Assembly (NCBI GenBank): GCA_012295275.1
Contig: CM022674.1
Span: 8,556,001 to 8,620,000 of the forward strand
Reading direction: 5' to 3'
DNA length: 64,000 nt
DNA from: Chrysomallon squamiferum
Taxonomy: Eukaryota > Animalia > Mollusca
The notes beneath the pieces are model-generated. The model was given only the letters and a program-made list of their open reading frames with translations, was not told the origin of the DNA and searched no databases. Both the position numbers and the translations under genes were made by a program. Shown in pieces: positions 47,775 through 59,300 of this stretch; the first letter of the stretch is position 1; each line of letters starts with the position of its first letter.

Positions 47775-49096
47775 GATGGTAATAATAATAAATAATAATG
47801 ATAATAATACATATAAAAAAAGTCTAATCAATAAACATTCTAATCATAATTTAATATAATTTATGATTTTTTATTTAGCCAAATGTACTCTGCGTGTCGC
47901 ATCTCTGATTTTATTCTGTTTACGATAAAACAAAAATATCTAAATCTACAAAAATGTTTAACATTTAATACATCTCCATTATATTTGGATTCTTTTTTAT
48001 ATATATAGTTTCCTTTTTGATATAATATTATATTTTTTTTACAAATGTGTGTATGTATGTATGTATGTATGTATATTGTATGTATGTATTTTTATTTTTA
48101 TTTTTATTTGTATTTAAGCTGCTTACTGTTTGTGCCCCGCGGCTGGTTACAGACGTGTTCATGTTTAAACGGCAATTTGTAACATATGTCTTAATGGAGG
48201 CACAACCACTTGCCTGTTGGACGCGCCAAGCTACGCAGGTACTTCTATTACAGGTGAGCATACATCAAAGCAGCCGACAAACTATCCGAGACAGGATTAC
48301 GCGGGCAATAACATTTTTCATTGCCATTTTGGATCTATTCAATTATTGTCCGCGAACAGATTACTCGAGTTAATTTGTGTAATTGAGCCGTTGTATTTGT
48401 ACAACGCTCTGAAATAATTTTACGAGATCAGCCCCAGGCCGACTGGCACCTGACGAAGAGGCGTAGCAGCTGGTTAGAAAACAGTGTTGGCAGCTTCTGA
48501 TGACGCGTTTTGCGTGGCGGAGCGAGGGTGGAGATTGACAGAGAAGGGGGGAGGTGAAGTTGATTATGTTTATGACGTCGTGATAATGTAATATGACAAG
48601 TCTAAAATTAATGTTCTTTTTCGCGTGTTTCCGTCAACAGATGATATCGGTTCCCTGCTATGATAATTAACCCATTTAAAATTAAGTTTGGTGTTTTTAA
48701 CAGGTTTTTTTTAAAGGTGTGTTGTTGTAATACATGTCACAAAGTGACTGATACTAGAATTATACTGTCAAATCACACTGTTGTTAGGTCTCCGACTTCG
48801 CGTAGCTAGAAAGGGCGTCTGTGTCAATTCTAAATACTGCAATTCATTGTCACGCCGAGGTCTCCGAGTTCAAATTCATTCGTTGAAACAAGATTGTACT
48901 TGATGTATAAACTATATCTGCCAGTATCTGTTCTTATACACATTTATATATTCTACAAATTTATTAATAAAAAAAAAAAAAAAAAAAAATTAAATTAAGT
49001 ATAAAAATCATATCCACCAGGAGGCAAATTAACAAACTAGTTTCACAGACTGTATTAAGCAAATTCATAACTGAAAAAATACACCCATTCTGTACT

Positions 49097-49148
<52 letters not shown>

Positions 49149-49270
49149 AAAAAAAGAAATAAATAAATAAAATTAAAAACAAGAGAAAACCCAGAATAAA
49201 ACATTATTAGTCAAAAAAGTTTACAGTATGTTTATTTATTTGCTAATCATGACAATTAATCCTCCATCAA

Positions 49271-49322
<52 letters not shown>

Positions 49323-51706
49323 TTAACAAAAGGGCTGAGACACATACAAAGTAGCAAACACGTACCCACCACACACACCCACAAACACATTCACACACAC
49401 ACAAAAACACACACACAAACACCCCCACACACAAACACCCACACACAGACACACACACACAAACACCCACACACCGAAACACACACACACACACATATAT
49501 ATAATAAACAAGGAGAGTATCGTGTTTAACTTGTTTTATCTGCTGCGACTGACGTCATCAAATCACGTTTACAAATATCTCTGACATCACGGATGTTAAC
49601 CGGAGTGTCCATAACGTGTCGTTATGGCCGTCTACCGCTTTGATCTTCTTGTTTCTAAGTTGCACTGATTCAACGGGCGATGGCCAGTGTCTCAGGCGTG
49701 TGTAATAAATGGGAGGCCACATTCCTCACCACTCCTCACCGTTTTTCAATCTTCCTGACAAATATGCAATAAAAAAGATCTTAAAAGACGATTTATGCTT
49801 GACCAATAGTTAATTACAGTTTTATTATAGCCGAAACCAATCCTTGATTTGATTAGGTGGTGACTAAGTCTGAGTAGATTTTGATTTTGCTTTGACAATG
49901 AGAACGGTGTGTAAGGCATGTTCTAAAGAAAATTCACGAAGGAACATCAATAAAATATTATTAAAATAAACAGCGATTTTAATAATAAATAAATTTTACA
50001 ACATATTAATCCAGCATTAGTCACTTGCTAAGGTGTCGACAAAAACCAAAAATAGAAATGTATATAGCTATATTATAGTAAACGTCGTAGGGTAGTAGTA
50101 GTAGTTGAAGTAGAAATAGTAGTAGTAATAGCTGTAATAGTAGCAGCAGCAATAAATAACTTTACGGTTCTCGATTAGTATTTCAATGGTATTTAAAATT
50201 TTAAAACAGATTGTAGAGAATGTTATGACAGCCGTTTTAATCAAAGAACTAATTAAAGAACCCAGTTGTAAAACAATAACTTTCTCTTTCCTTTCATTCA
50301 TTTCAAAAAGCCAGTACGGCTGTACACGTCACTGCTGTTTTTGGCGCGTCGACGTGGTTTGTCCATTTCGCGCGCGGCAGACAAACCCAATATTGTTGTT
50401 ACTACGTAATTGTCGCTGTTCTTTTGATGTCGTCAGTCGACCATCGGTGTCAAAACACGCGCCATCTGCTCTTCATTGCCGACGTAGCTGCACGTGTCAG
50501 TTTTACAACACAGCATAAGAAATATGTGTAAAGGAATTGCTTCTTTTTAATTTTTATTTCTTTTAAATATTTATCAGAGTTTAAAACCACATGAGACCGA
50601 AATTTGTAAATAGTAACAAAAATTATTTTATTGTTCAGGAATCGTTAAAGGGTTCGAGGTGGACATGTCAAATTACAGTATGACGATTTTTGAAAATTAA
50701 TTACATTTGACAAAACTGCTGAAGAAAATTAAAATTTAAAACTTCAGCGCATTTATAAAGTGCAGTAACCAACATATTTCCTCTTTGTTCTTCTGATTTA
50801 TTTTGCTTTTTGTAAATAATAATTGCACGAAGCTCAGCATCCCAGCTTGCTGGTAAATGTATTTTGAAACAACATGCTTTCGCGGCAATAAATGCAACCC
50901 CCCCCCCCAACACACCAACCCACACTTCATGCTAATAACGAGTGCAAGTGGCGCGGAAATAACTCATTGATTATATTGTGTTTACCTTGATTTTTACATC
51001 GCGCGTGTCCTTTCTTATTACGTGTTCCACGTGCAATTTTGTAAATTAGAAAAACATTTTTGCCACCCAGAATAACCGTAAAAGTCGGGTTTTCTTTTTA
51101 ACTGATTTTATAGCTGAAATTAACTATATAATTATATTCACTGTCGCGCGTGCCTATGTGTGTCTGTGTATGTGAAAAACGTAAGTAGTAAAGAACATTT
51201 ATATTTATAGAAATGCATGAAAGTTTAATAAATGGTTTAATATTTGATTATCGTATTTATGATGCTGATGATGAAAATACTGCTAATAATAAGTAAAGTA
51301 TACTGAATCAGAAATGCGCTGATTATGTAAAAATACTTTTCCTGATCTCTGTACGTAATACATTTTCAGTACTTCAATCATTATTAAATATACATTTAAC
51401 ATATATCTTTCTTTTTTTTTTTTTTTTTTAATTATTATTATTTTATTTATATATATTTAATGTTCAAATCGAATTAAACAATATTAATATTTCGCACATA
51501 CGCACATACGCGCACAAACTAAACTCAATTTGCATTTGCGTGAAAAAACCCAGAATCTCAACTATATGAACAGCGGTGGCTCAGTCTGATGTGGTTTTGC
51601 CTGTATTTTAAATGACGGCGTTGAACTATTGAACTAGTCACGAGGTAACAGTAACAATTTTCATGAGATTGAACACAAAAAACAAAAATCAATAGCAATG
51701 ATTAAT

Positions 51707-51712
51707 TTTATT
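51707..51712 (-). terminator. Candidate distal poly(A) signal of the anoctamin gene
   Basis: AATAAA on -, followed about 20 nt downstream by a GU/U-rich element (gatttttgttttttgtgtt). It coincides with the end of the CpG-depleted domain. Confidence 0.45.
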
Positions 51713-54700
51713 GTGCTCAACAATTAGAAACAACCAGCACCAAAGAGAAAAACTGTGCAAGTAGATTAAAAATAAACAGACACTTTTAAAATGTATGTAA
51801 CAAATATATATAATATGCATTTCATTACATTTCACAAACAAAATGGGTATATAATTAAATACAATATAAAAAACAGTGTGATATTATATCTGATTTACAA
51901 GTACAGGACATAGAAATAATATGTACAGAAAATAACAAAACAACTTTTAATGGATTTTAAACAGCACCAAAATTTTTTGAAATGAGCAACAAAATGTGAT
52001 GTGTGTGTGCATGTGTGTCTGTGTGCACTGTATTATTAAGAAACAAAGTTTTTTTAAAGCTAAATTCTATTTAAAAAGAGTTAAATTACAGCAAAAGTTA
52101 AAAAACCAGTGGTTTATAATTTCTAAGCATGAAAATAAATATATAATTATTTTTATTAAACAAGGATTCTGCTAAAGGGTAAGAAAGCTCTACAAAATAG
52201 CACTACTGACATGGACCATGTTTGTGTGTTAAACAGACATCATGTTTTAATCTCTTACTTCAAAACACCTCAGCACCAGTTTAATGTTCCCAGTTTTTAA
52301 TACACACTCTCAGTTCTGTCTGATGTTTAAAACTGCAAGGTATTAGAATCAAATCTCAGCATTCTTACATAACCTAGGAGTTGAAAGACAACATACTAAC
52401 AGACTAACACTTTGAGCAATATCTCCATCCTTTTCTCACTGACCAGAAAAACTGATAAACAATTGATAAAGATGTAAAAATTTGAGAAATATTTAAGAAA
52501 AGCATCTTGGATGTAAAACATGAAAAGAAATACCACTGAAGTGAAATAACAAACATCAGGCTAACATAATCATACAATTAATAAAAATAATAAACTGTAA
52601 TATTAAATACAAGTTGTTCTGTTATACACAACTTTTAACATTAAAACAATTACAACAAGAACAAACAGATTAATAATTAAAAGTAATGTTCAGTTATATA
52701 AACAAGTATTTTTAGAAAAAATCTTGAAACTGAACAAAGATAACAAAATAACCTAATACTCTAAATATTTAAATTTGCAATAAATAACATGTAATTATAT
52801 CAACATTAAGAAAGATATGGAAATGGAAATGAACTGCGTAATGGAAAATGATACAATGGCGCATTCAGTGGTTTATTTCACTTACATGTTATTAACTGGC
52901 AAACAGAACTAAAACATTGTATTTACTCTGAAATTAAATCTGCATATTAATGAATTATTGTATCATGTATTTCAGTCTTTACTAGTAATAAAGTCTAACA
53001 ATAAACTAACAATATTTTTTAAAATCTATATATCTTACATTTTTGCTTTTATAGTAGTGTTATCCCATAGACAAAGGCGTTACAAAAATGCATGACAGAC
53101 TGAGGACATTTTCAATGTTGAAATGCTTTATTCATCCCCATTTATATTCACAAGTTTGTGATTTTATTGTCATACTTTATTATTAATAAAGACTGTTTAC
53201 AACAATCCATGAAATATACTAAATGTTTTGTACTCTTTGCAGTGCACCAGATGAACAGAGTGGGATTTGTAGTCAACACATTTAATCACAGTTATCACAG
53301 GCAATGACAGGGTTATGTATATTAAGTAATTATTTAATTGCCAAAAGCATTTTCAACAACCTGTGAGAAAAACATCACAACCATCTGTAAGACATAAATA
53401 AAATATATCTTTTAGAAATGATAATAAAGCTTAGAAAGTAGAAAAGTTATTGTACAATGCTTTTTAATCAGTATATTTTATTTTATTATTTTTTTTTTAC
53501 TATTTATTATTTTTTTTGTTATATTATTTATTAAATATCTTTTTTTTAATTATTATTTAATGCATTTATCTATTTATTTACCTTGAACTTGTATCTTATA
53601 TGTTTCTCCTTTTCTCTTTACTGTAGTTTTTTTCAGTATGTTCTAAAGTCATCAATTTCATTACAGACTGAGCCATAATATAACATACTTTAAACATTAA
53701 TATGGATTCTAGAGATTATTGTTTTCCTTCCAAAAAGATTTTCATTGAAATATAAAATATCCATAAAGAGAAAAAAAAACAGGAAAAAAAAACAATAATA
53801 ATAAATGATTAAGGAAAAGAAGAAACAAAAACCTGAACCAAATAACAATGAATCCAGAAATTGTAAAGATAGATAAAAAAAAAAAAAAAAAAAAAAAGTC
53901 ACATGAACATAACTTGATAACAATGGACAATAAATAGTTATTTATTTAATGGATTTTTAAAAAAAAATTCTTAGGGAGAACAACAGAAAAAAATATTATG
54001 ACTAAACTAAGGTTAATATTTTAATTTAATAAAATAATAATAATAATAAATGATGATAATAACAATAAAGTGATGATTATAATAATAATAATAATAAAAA
54101 CCATAACAGTAATAACAATGATGACAATAATATTAAACCAGAAAAAGAAAAAGAAAACTGAGCTGTCAGCTATCTAACAATACAGACAAGTCCGACTGAT
54201 TATCAGTAATCTCCTCAGTGAGTCAAACAAGACAAATCTTTCGTTGATTCCCTACCGTTACAGTGATTGTCAGTTCACAATAAATAAACATAAAACAAAA
54301 ACTACACATTAACAAAAAGGAAAACAAAATTGATACTTTAACGTATTAAAATGTATAATAATAGGAATATATTATATTTCAAAAGATGACATTACACAGA
54401 AACAATGTTTTTTACAACATAATAAATAATAAAAAGTAACAGTAACTGAATAACAACAAGTACAGCATAACATGAGAGTGAAATAAGTAATATAGTGTTA
54501 TATAATAATAATTATCTATATAACAGTAGCAATGTCCAGCTGAGAAACTGATTGATCTCTGTCTTCATGTTATAAATACTGCCCTGACAAGAGTTTGAAA
54601 CATCACTGAACATCATCTTTATTTAACTTCATTAATTATACCTTTAATTAAAACATCCTAGCACTTTGTTTTACAATCTGTACAGAAAAAAAATATATAA

Positions 54701-55629
54701 TTCTGAGATCAAATTAGTTTTTAATTTGACAAAAAGAAAAATCTACTATGATATAGAGATAAATAGAGATTATAAACATGTGTATAAAATATTCAGATTG
54801 ATTTGTAAACTTCTTAATTTCAACCTTGACAAGAAAAAATGGCACATTCATGTTATCAGTTGGAACTGGTAATCTTATAATACCAGTCCTAACTTATGCT
54901 TATATTACCAGTTTGAACTGGTATACTAATATTACCAGTTTTAACTCGTTTGCTTATATTATTAGTTTCAAATGGAATGTTTATATTATCAGTCAGAATA
55001 TGAAATTTTTTAAAAATATATACAACCCCAAAAGCACTCAAATTTATAAATTTGTTTTTATGAATTAGTAGTTTTATAAATGTGACCTTGTACAACAAAA
55101 CGAGTCACAAGGACCAGACTTTTTAAAGTGAAATGTTTTTCATGGTTTCTAATGAAATATTGGTATCTGCATTAAGATGTGGCAGTTTGGTGAGATTCAC
55201 TGTTGAAGAGATCAAATCTTTTAATGGACTGAACTTTAATTAATTACAAATTTATATAAATTAAAAATAATAGTGTCAATTAAAATAATATAGTGTCGAT
55301 GAAAAATAAAAGATAAAAAAAAAATATTGTTATGCACAAGAGAAAAAATTTAAAAAATTTAGAGTGTAATAATAATAATAATATAATAAATGTTCATATT
55401 TGTTATCTTATATATCTATACCAGCAAAAGGGTAAATCAAATACTATTTGATAAAACAAAATAAAAAAGTATTCTAAAAAAACAACTACAAAATAACTGC
55501 TACAAAGATCTAGTCAACAAAACATAAAAGAAGGCAATGTTAGTTTTAAATACAGGTAATAAAAGTAATTACAAAATAATTCATTTAAATTTAGTAATAA
55601 GCATCATATTAAAATGTTTAATAAAAACA

Positions 55630-55925
55630 TTTCATAATCCTTTTGTTACAACCTCAAAATCCTTTAGTTACAACCTAACTTCATAATCTTTTAAAATTAC
55701 ATCTTCATAATCTTTTAAAATTACAACTTCATACTCCTTTAAAATTACAACTTCATAATCCTTTAAAATTACAACTTCATAATCCTTTAAACTGACAAAT
55801 TTCACAATCCTTTTTAAGTTGGCTATTTTATGATCCTTTTACAATCAGTTTTGACAATCGTTTTACATTTACAGGTAAACTTCATAATCCTTTAAAAGTT
55901 ACAAACAAACTTCATAATCCTTTTA
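55630..55925. repeat. About 24-bp degenerate minisatellite in the anoctamin 3' UTR
   Basis: Unit cttcataatcctttaaaattacaa, about 10 copies. Confidence 0.85.
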
Positions 55926-56065
55926 ATAAAAATATAAGTTTTTAGCAACTTCACAACATTTTAATGTCCAGGTATTATTACAGGACATTTTGTGACAGAT
56001 TTCACAGTCTGGACAGTTTTGTGGTCATTCACTGGGGACAAAAGGAGATGACCAGTTTCCAGTAT

Positions 56066-56161
56066 TCAGACTTTGGACTGGGTCTCTGGCTCATCTTCTT
56101 CCAGAGGAACTTTGAGTGTGATAGCCTCGGCATTCACATCTTCATCTTCCTGACTGTTCAG
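56066..56161 (-). CDS. ANO7: Anoctamin terminal exon M ([31 protein letters not shown])
   Basis: Acceptor ttcatttag|CTG, phase 0, 31 codons to TGA. Acidic tail with coding-like composition. Supported by splice signals and frame, not by recalled homology. Confidence 0.75.
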   Translation of the reverse strand: MNSQEDEDVNAEAITLKVPLEEDEPETQSKV

Positions 56162-56246
56162 CTAAATGAAAAACCAAACTGATATGTGTGTGTGTTGTAT
56201 GATAACATTCTTGATATATTCACATACTTGTTTGCATATCATACTC

Positions 56247-56310
<64 letters not shown>

Positions 56311-59300
56311 TATAATATGATATAAAATATACTTATATAACAATGATAATATGGTTTCACTTATAAATATACATTACAAATATTATTATAAATGCATTAT
56401 CAAGAGTATAATATAATATAAATATTACTCTTGTATTTATATAAAAGTGCCATAATACAAATATATACTCATATAACAATGATATCGTGTATTATAGATA
56501 TTGTTTATGAACTTGTATAAATGTAACATAATAAAATATTATACTGATTTAATTAATATAAATTTAAAGTATAAATATTATTGATGAATGTATATAAAAG
56601 TAACATAATATAAACATTATATTGATATAACAGTGATGTAATGTATATGAATTTAAAAGACTTACTACCTGGAAGATCTGGTCTGTGTCAGTGAGAGCCT
56701 GCTTGGCCAAGTAGTGTTCTCTCTTTATCTTCAGCTGCAGAGCCTCGGGCACGTCAGGCACCAGTATGTCTATCAGCCGACAGATTCCAAACACAACGTG
56801 CTGTCAAGTAACACAATTACACACGTTTATATTTACTCTGAATGTGTTTCATATCACTGAAAATAGATCTGTCATTTACAGCATTGTCTTGCTGTAGAAT
56901 GTCTCCTATTAATGTTTCTAAGGTTATTCATAGATGAAAAGTTAGAAGTAGTAAATTTAAGAAAGTAGTTTAAAAATAACAGAAATGTCATAATTACCTC
57001 AAAGACAATAACAAATCCAAGTCTGAGAGCAAGCAGTCTCCAGTAAAACAGTGTGTAGTGACCATGATCATCTCGGAAATCTTTGTACCTGTACAACATG
57101 TTTTATAATATTATATACTGTTATAATAATTATACTACTATGTTATAATACTATAAAAATTATACTTTTATAATAAACTGTTATAATATACTCTAACATT
57201 TTATAATAAACATATATTTGCATTCCAAACAGAAAATATATACTGTAAATAATGTATCTTCAATAATATTCATAATATAACTCATGTTATAAACAAAGTA
57301 TCCTACAATAATGTACATTAATTTTCTCACCCATTAAACATAACATATCTATAACAAATAATTAACATTGTCAAGGTACTACATATCATCCTTATGAAAA
57401 GGTAACATACACAGTTGATTTCTAACAACTATTATTACTAATACACACACATTTAGACCGGTGTGACCAGTAAGAAGAGAACTGAGTGTGCTAACCTGCA
57501 CTGCTCTGTCAGTGTGCCGTTGGGAGACCAGGAGAGGGTGAAGTTTGTGTAGCCGTGCAGACTCCAGTTGTACTCGTACTGGTACAGCAGTTTTGGAAGG
57601 AATTCAGAAGTAAAAGCTATGAGGAATGCCTGAAACAGATCAAAATATCCTCTTTTAATCATGTCTTTGTTTGATATCAGACTATTTGTGGATGTATATG
57701 ATGCTACACAGGATTTTTAGTTAAATAACAAAATTAGCAAACTAGCTGTGATACAAAATTTGAACTGATGTTTGTGTTTTGTAATAAAATAAAATCAAAT
57801 TACTAATTAATATGAAATTTCACAACATTTGCAGATTAGAGAGACAAGTACCTTTACTTAACAAGTGAGTGTGACCTGAGTGAAAGACTCACGTTGCTGA
57901 TGACAGCCAGCTGAGCGAGACTGTCTAAGATCTGAAACCAGACGCCGATGTCCTCTGCCCGCTCAGCCACGGGTCTGCGCGTCTCCGACACAAACTTGTT
58001 AGCGTCGAGTCGAATCTCCACCCAGTTGTTCAACAGCGCAAACAGCGGGGCCAGGGGAAACGCAGCCACAAAGATAGTGATAAAACCAAACTGCAGAACT
58101 GAAACACAAAGATAGTGATAAAACCAAACTGCAGAACTGAAACACAAAGATAGTGATAAAACCAAACTGCAGAACTGAAACACAAAGATAGTGATAAAAC
58201 CAAACTGCAGAACTGAAACACAAAGATAGTGATAAAACCAAACTGCAGAACTGAAACACAAAGATAGTGATAAAACCAAACTGCAGAACTGAAACACAAA
58301 GATAGTGATAAAACCAAACTGCAGAACTGAAACACAAAATAACTGAACAAATACAGTAGAACTGAAACACAAAATAACTGAACAAATACAGTATGTAGAA
58401 CTGAAAAAAACAAAAGAAACTGATATGTATGTAAAACTGAAATGTAAAATAAATAAATATTTATGATTGACAATTTAGGCCAAAGGCAAATAATTTAGTC
58501 TTTAAAAAAATTGTCTTTCTGACACATTAAAAAGCAAATATCTGTATAAATAAAACATTTAACTTTTAGATATCATTGTTATATCAATAATATATTAAAA
58601 TAATCAATATAAATTGAATTATAATATTAAAATAATCAATACATGTTGCTGATTTCTAAGAATAACTTGTTCTTACTCATTTCTAGATATTCCTGAAAAA
58701 GTCCTTCATTCTCAATGAGCTGATAGTCAGCCTCCCACCTCATCAACACCATGTCCTTCTTCACCTTCACGTTGAACTGGTGCCACATCGTCTTCAGCTT
58801 CCTACAACATTGTCACATCTTAATACAGTTTTAATATTTAACTAGAAACCATGCTGAATTTACTATATCATTTTATGTGACATGATAACATGATCTAAAA
58901 CACAGTGTAAAAATATCAATACTTGTTTGAAGATTCCCTCAGCATTCAGTTATAATATATCTGTCATATCTTTGGGTTTTTTTGGGAGGTTGGGCGGTTG
59001 TGTATCTCTTGTTGGTCTTTGACATGTGGTAATTAACCACACATTTGTGTGTATTAACAACATATCAAATATATACAGATTTATGTTCAGTAGCTTGTTT
59101 AATTATAAGGAATAACATTCTGTAGGTTACTTTTATATATTAGCAGCAGGATATGGTTTAAATACATGTTACCACTGTGATTAACCACTCATGGGTTACT
59201 ATTGTAGTATGTGGGAGATCAGGCAGGAATGGGAAAAAGCCACAGAAAACTAAGAAAAACTCTTGTACAATATTTCAAATCTAACCACTGTTCTACACCA

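Noticed and set aside
48846-48878. tRNA/SINE-like segment gtcacgccgaggtctccgagttcaaattc
   Set aside because: Only a B-box-like fragment. I could not build a cloverleaf or find an A-box at the proper spacing. It may be a decayed SINE but is unsupported.
58067-58332. CRISPR-like regular repeats (also 38631-39010 and 63030-64000)
   Set aside because: Head-to-tail repeats with no unique spacers, no cas genes, and a eukaryotic intronic context.
57999-58473. Overlapping hydrophobic ORFs of 128 and 147 aa with a 38-aa repeat
   Set aside because: They are alternative frames of the 38-bp acceptor array, not independent genes.
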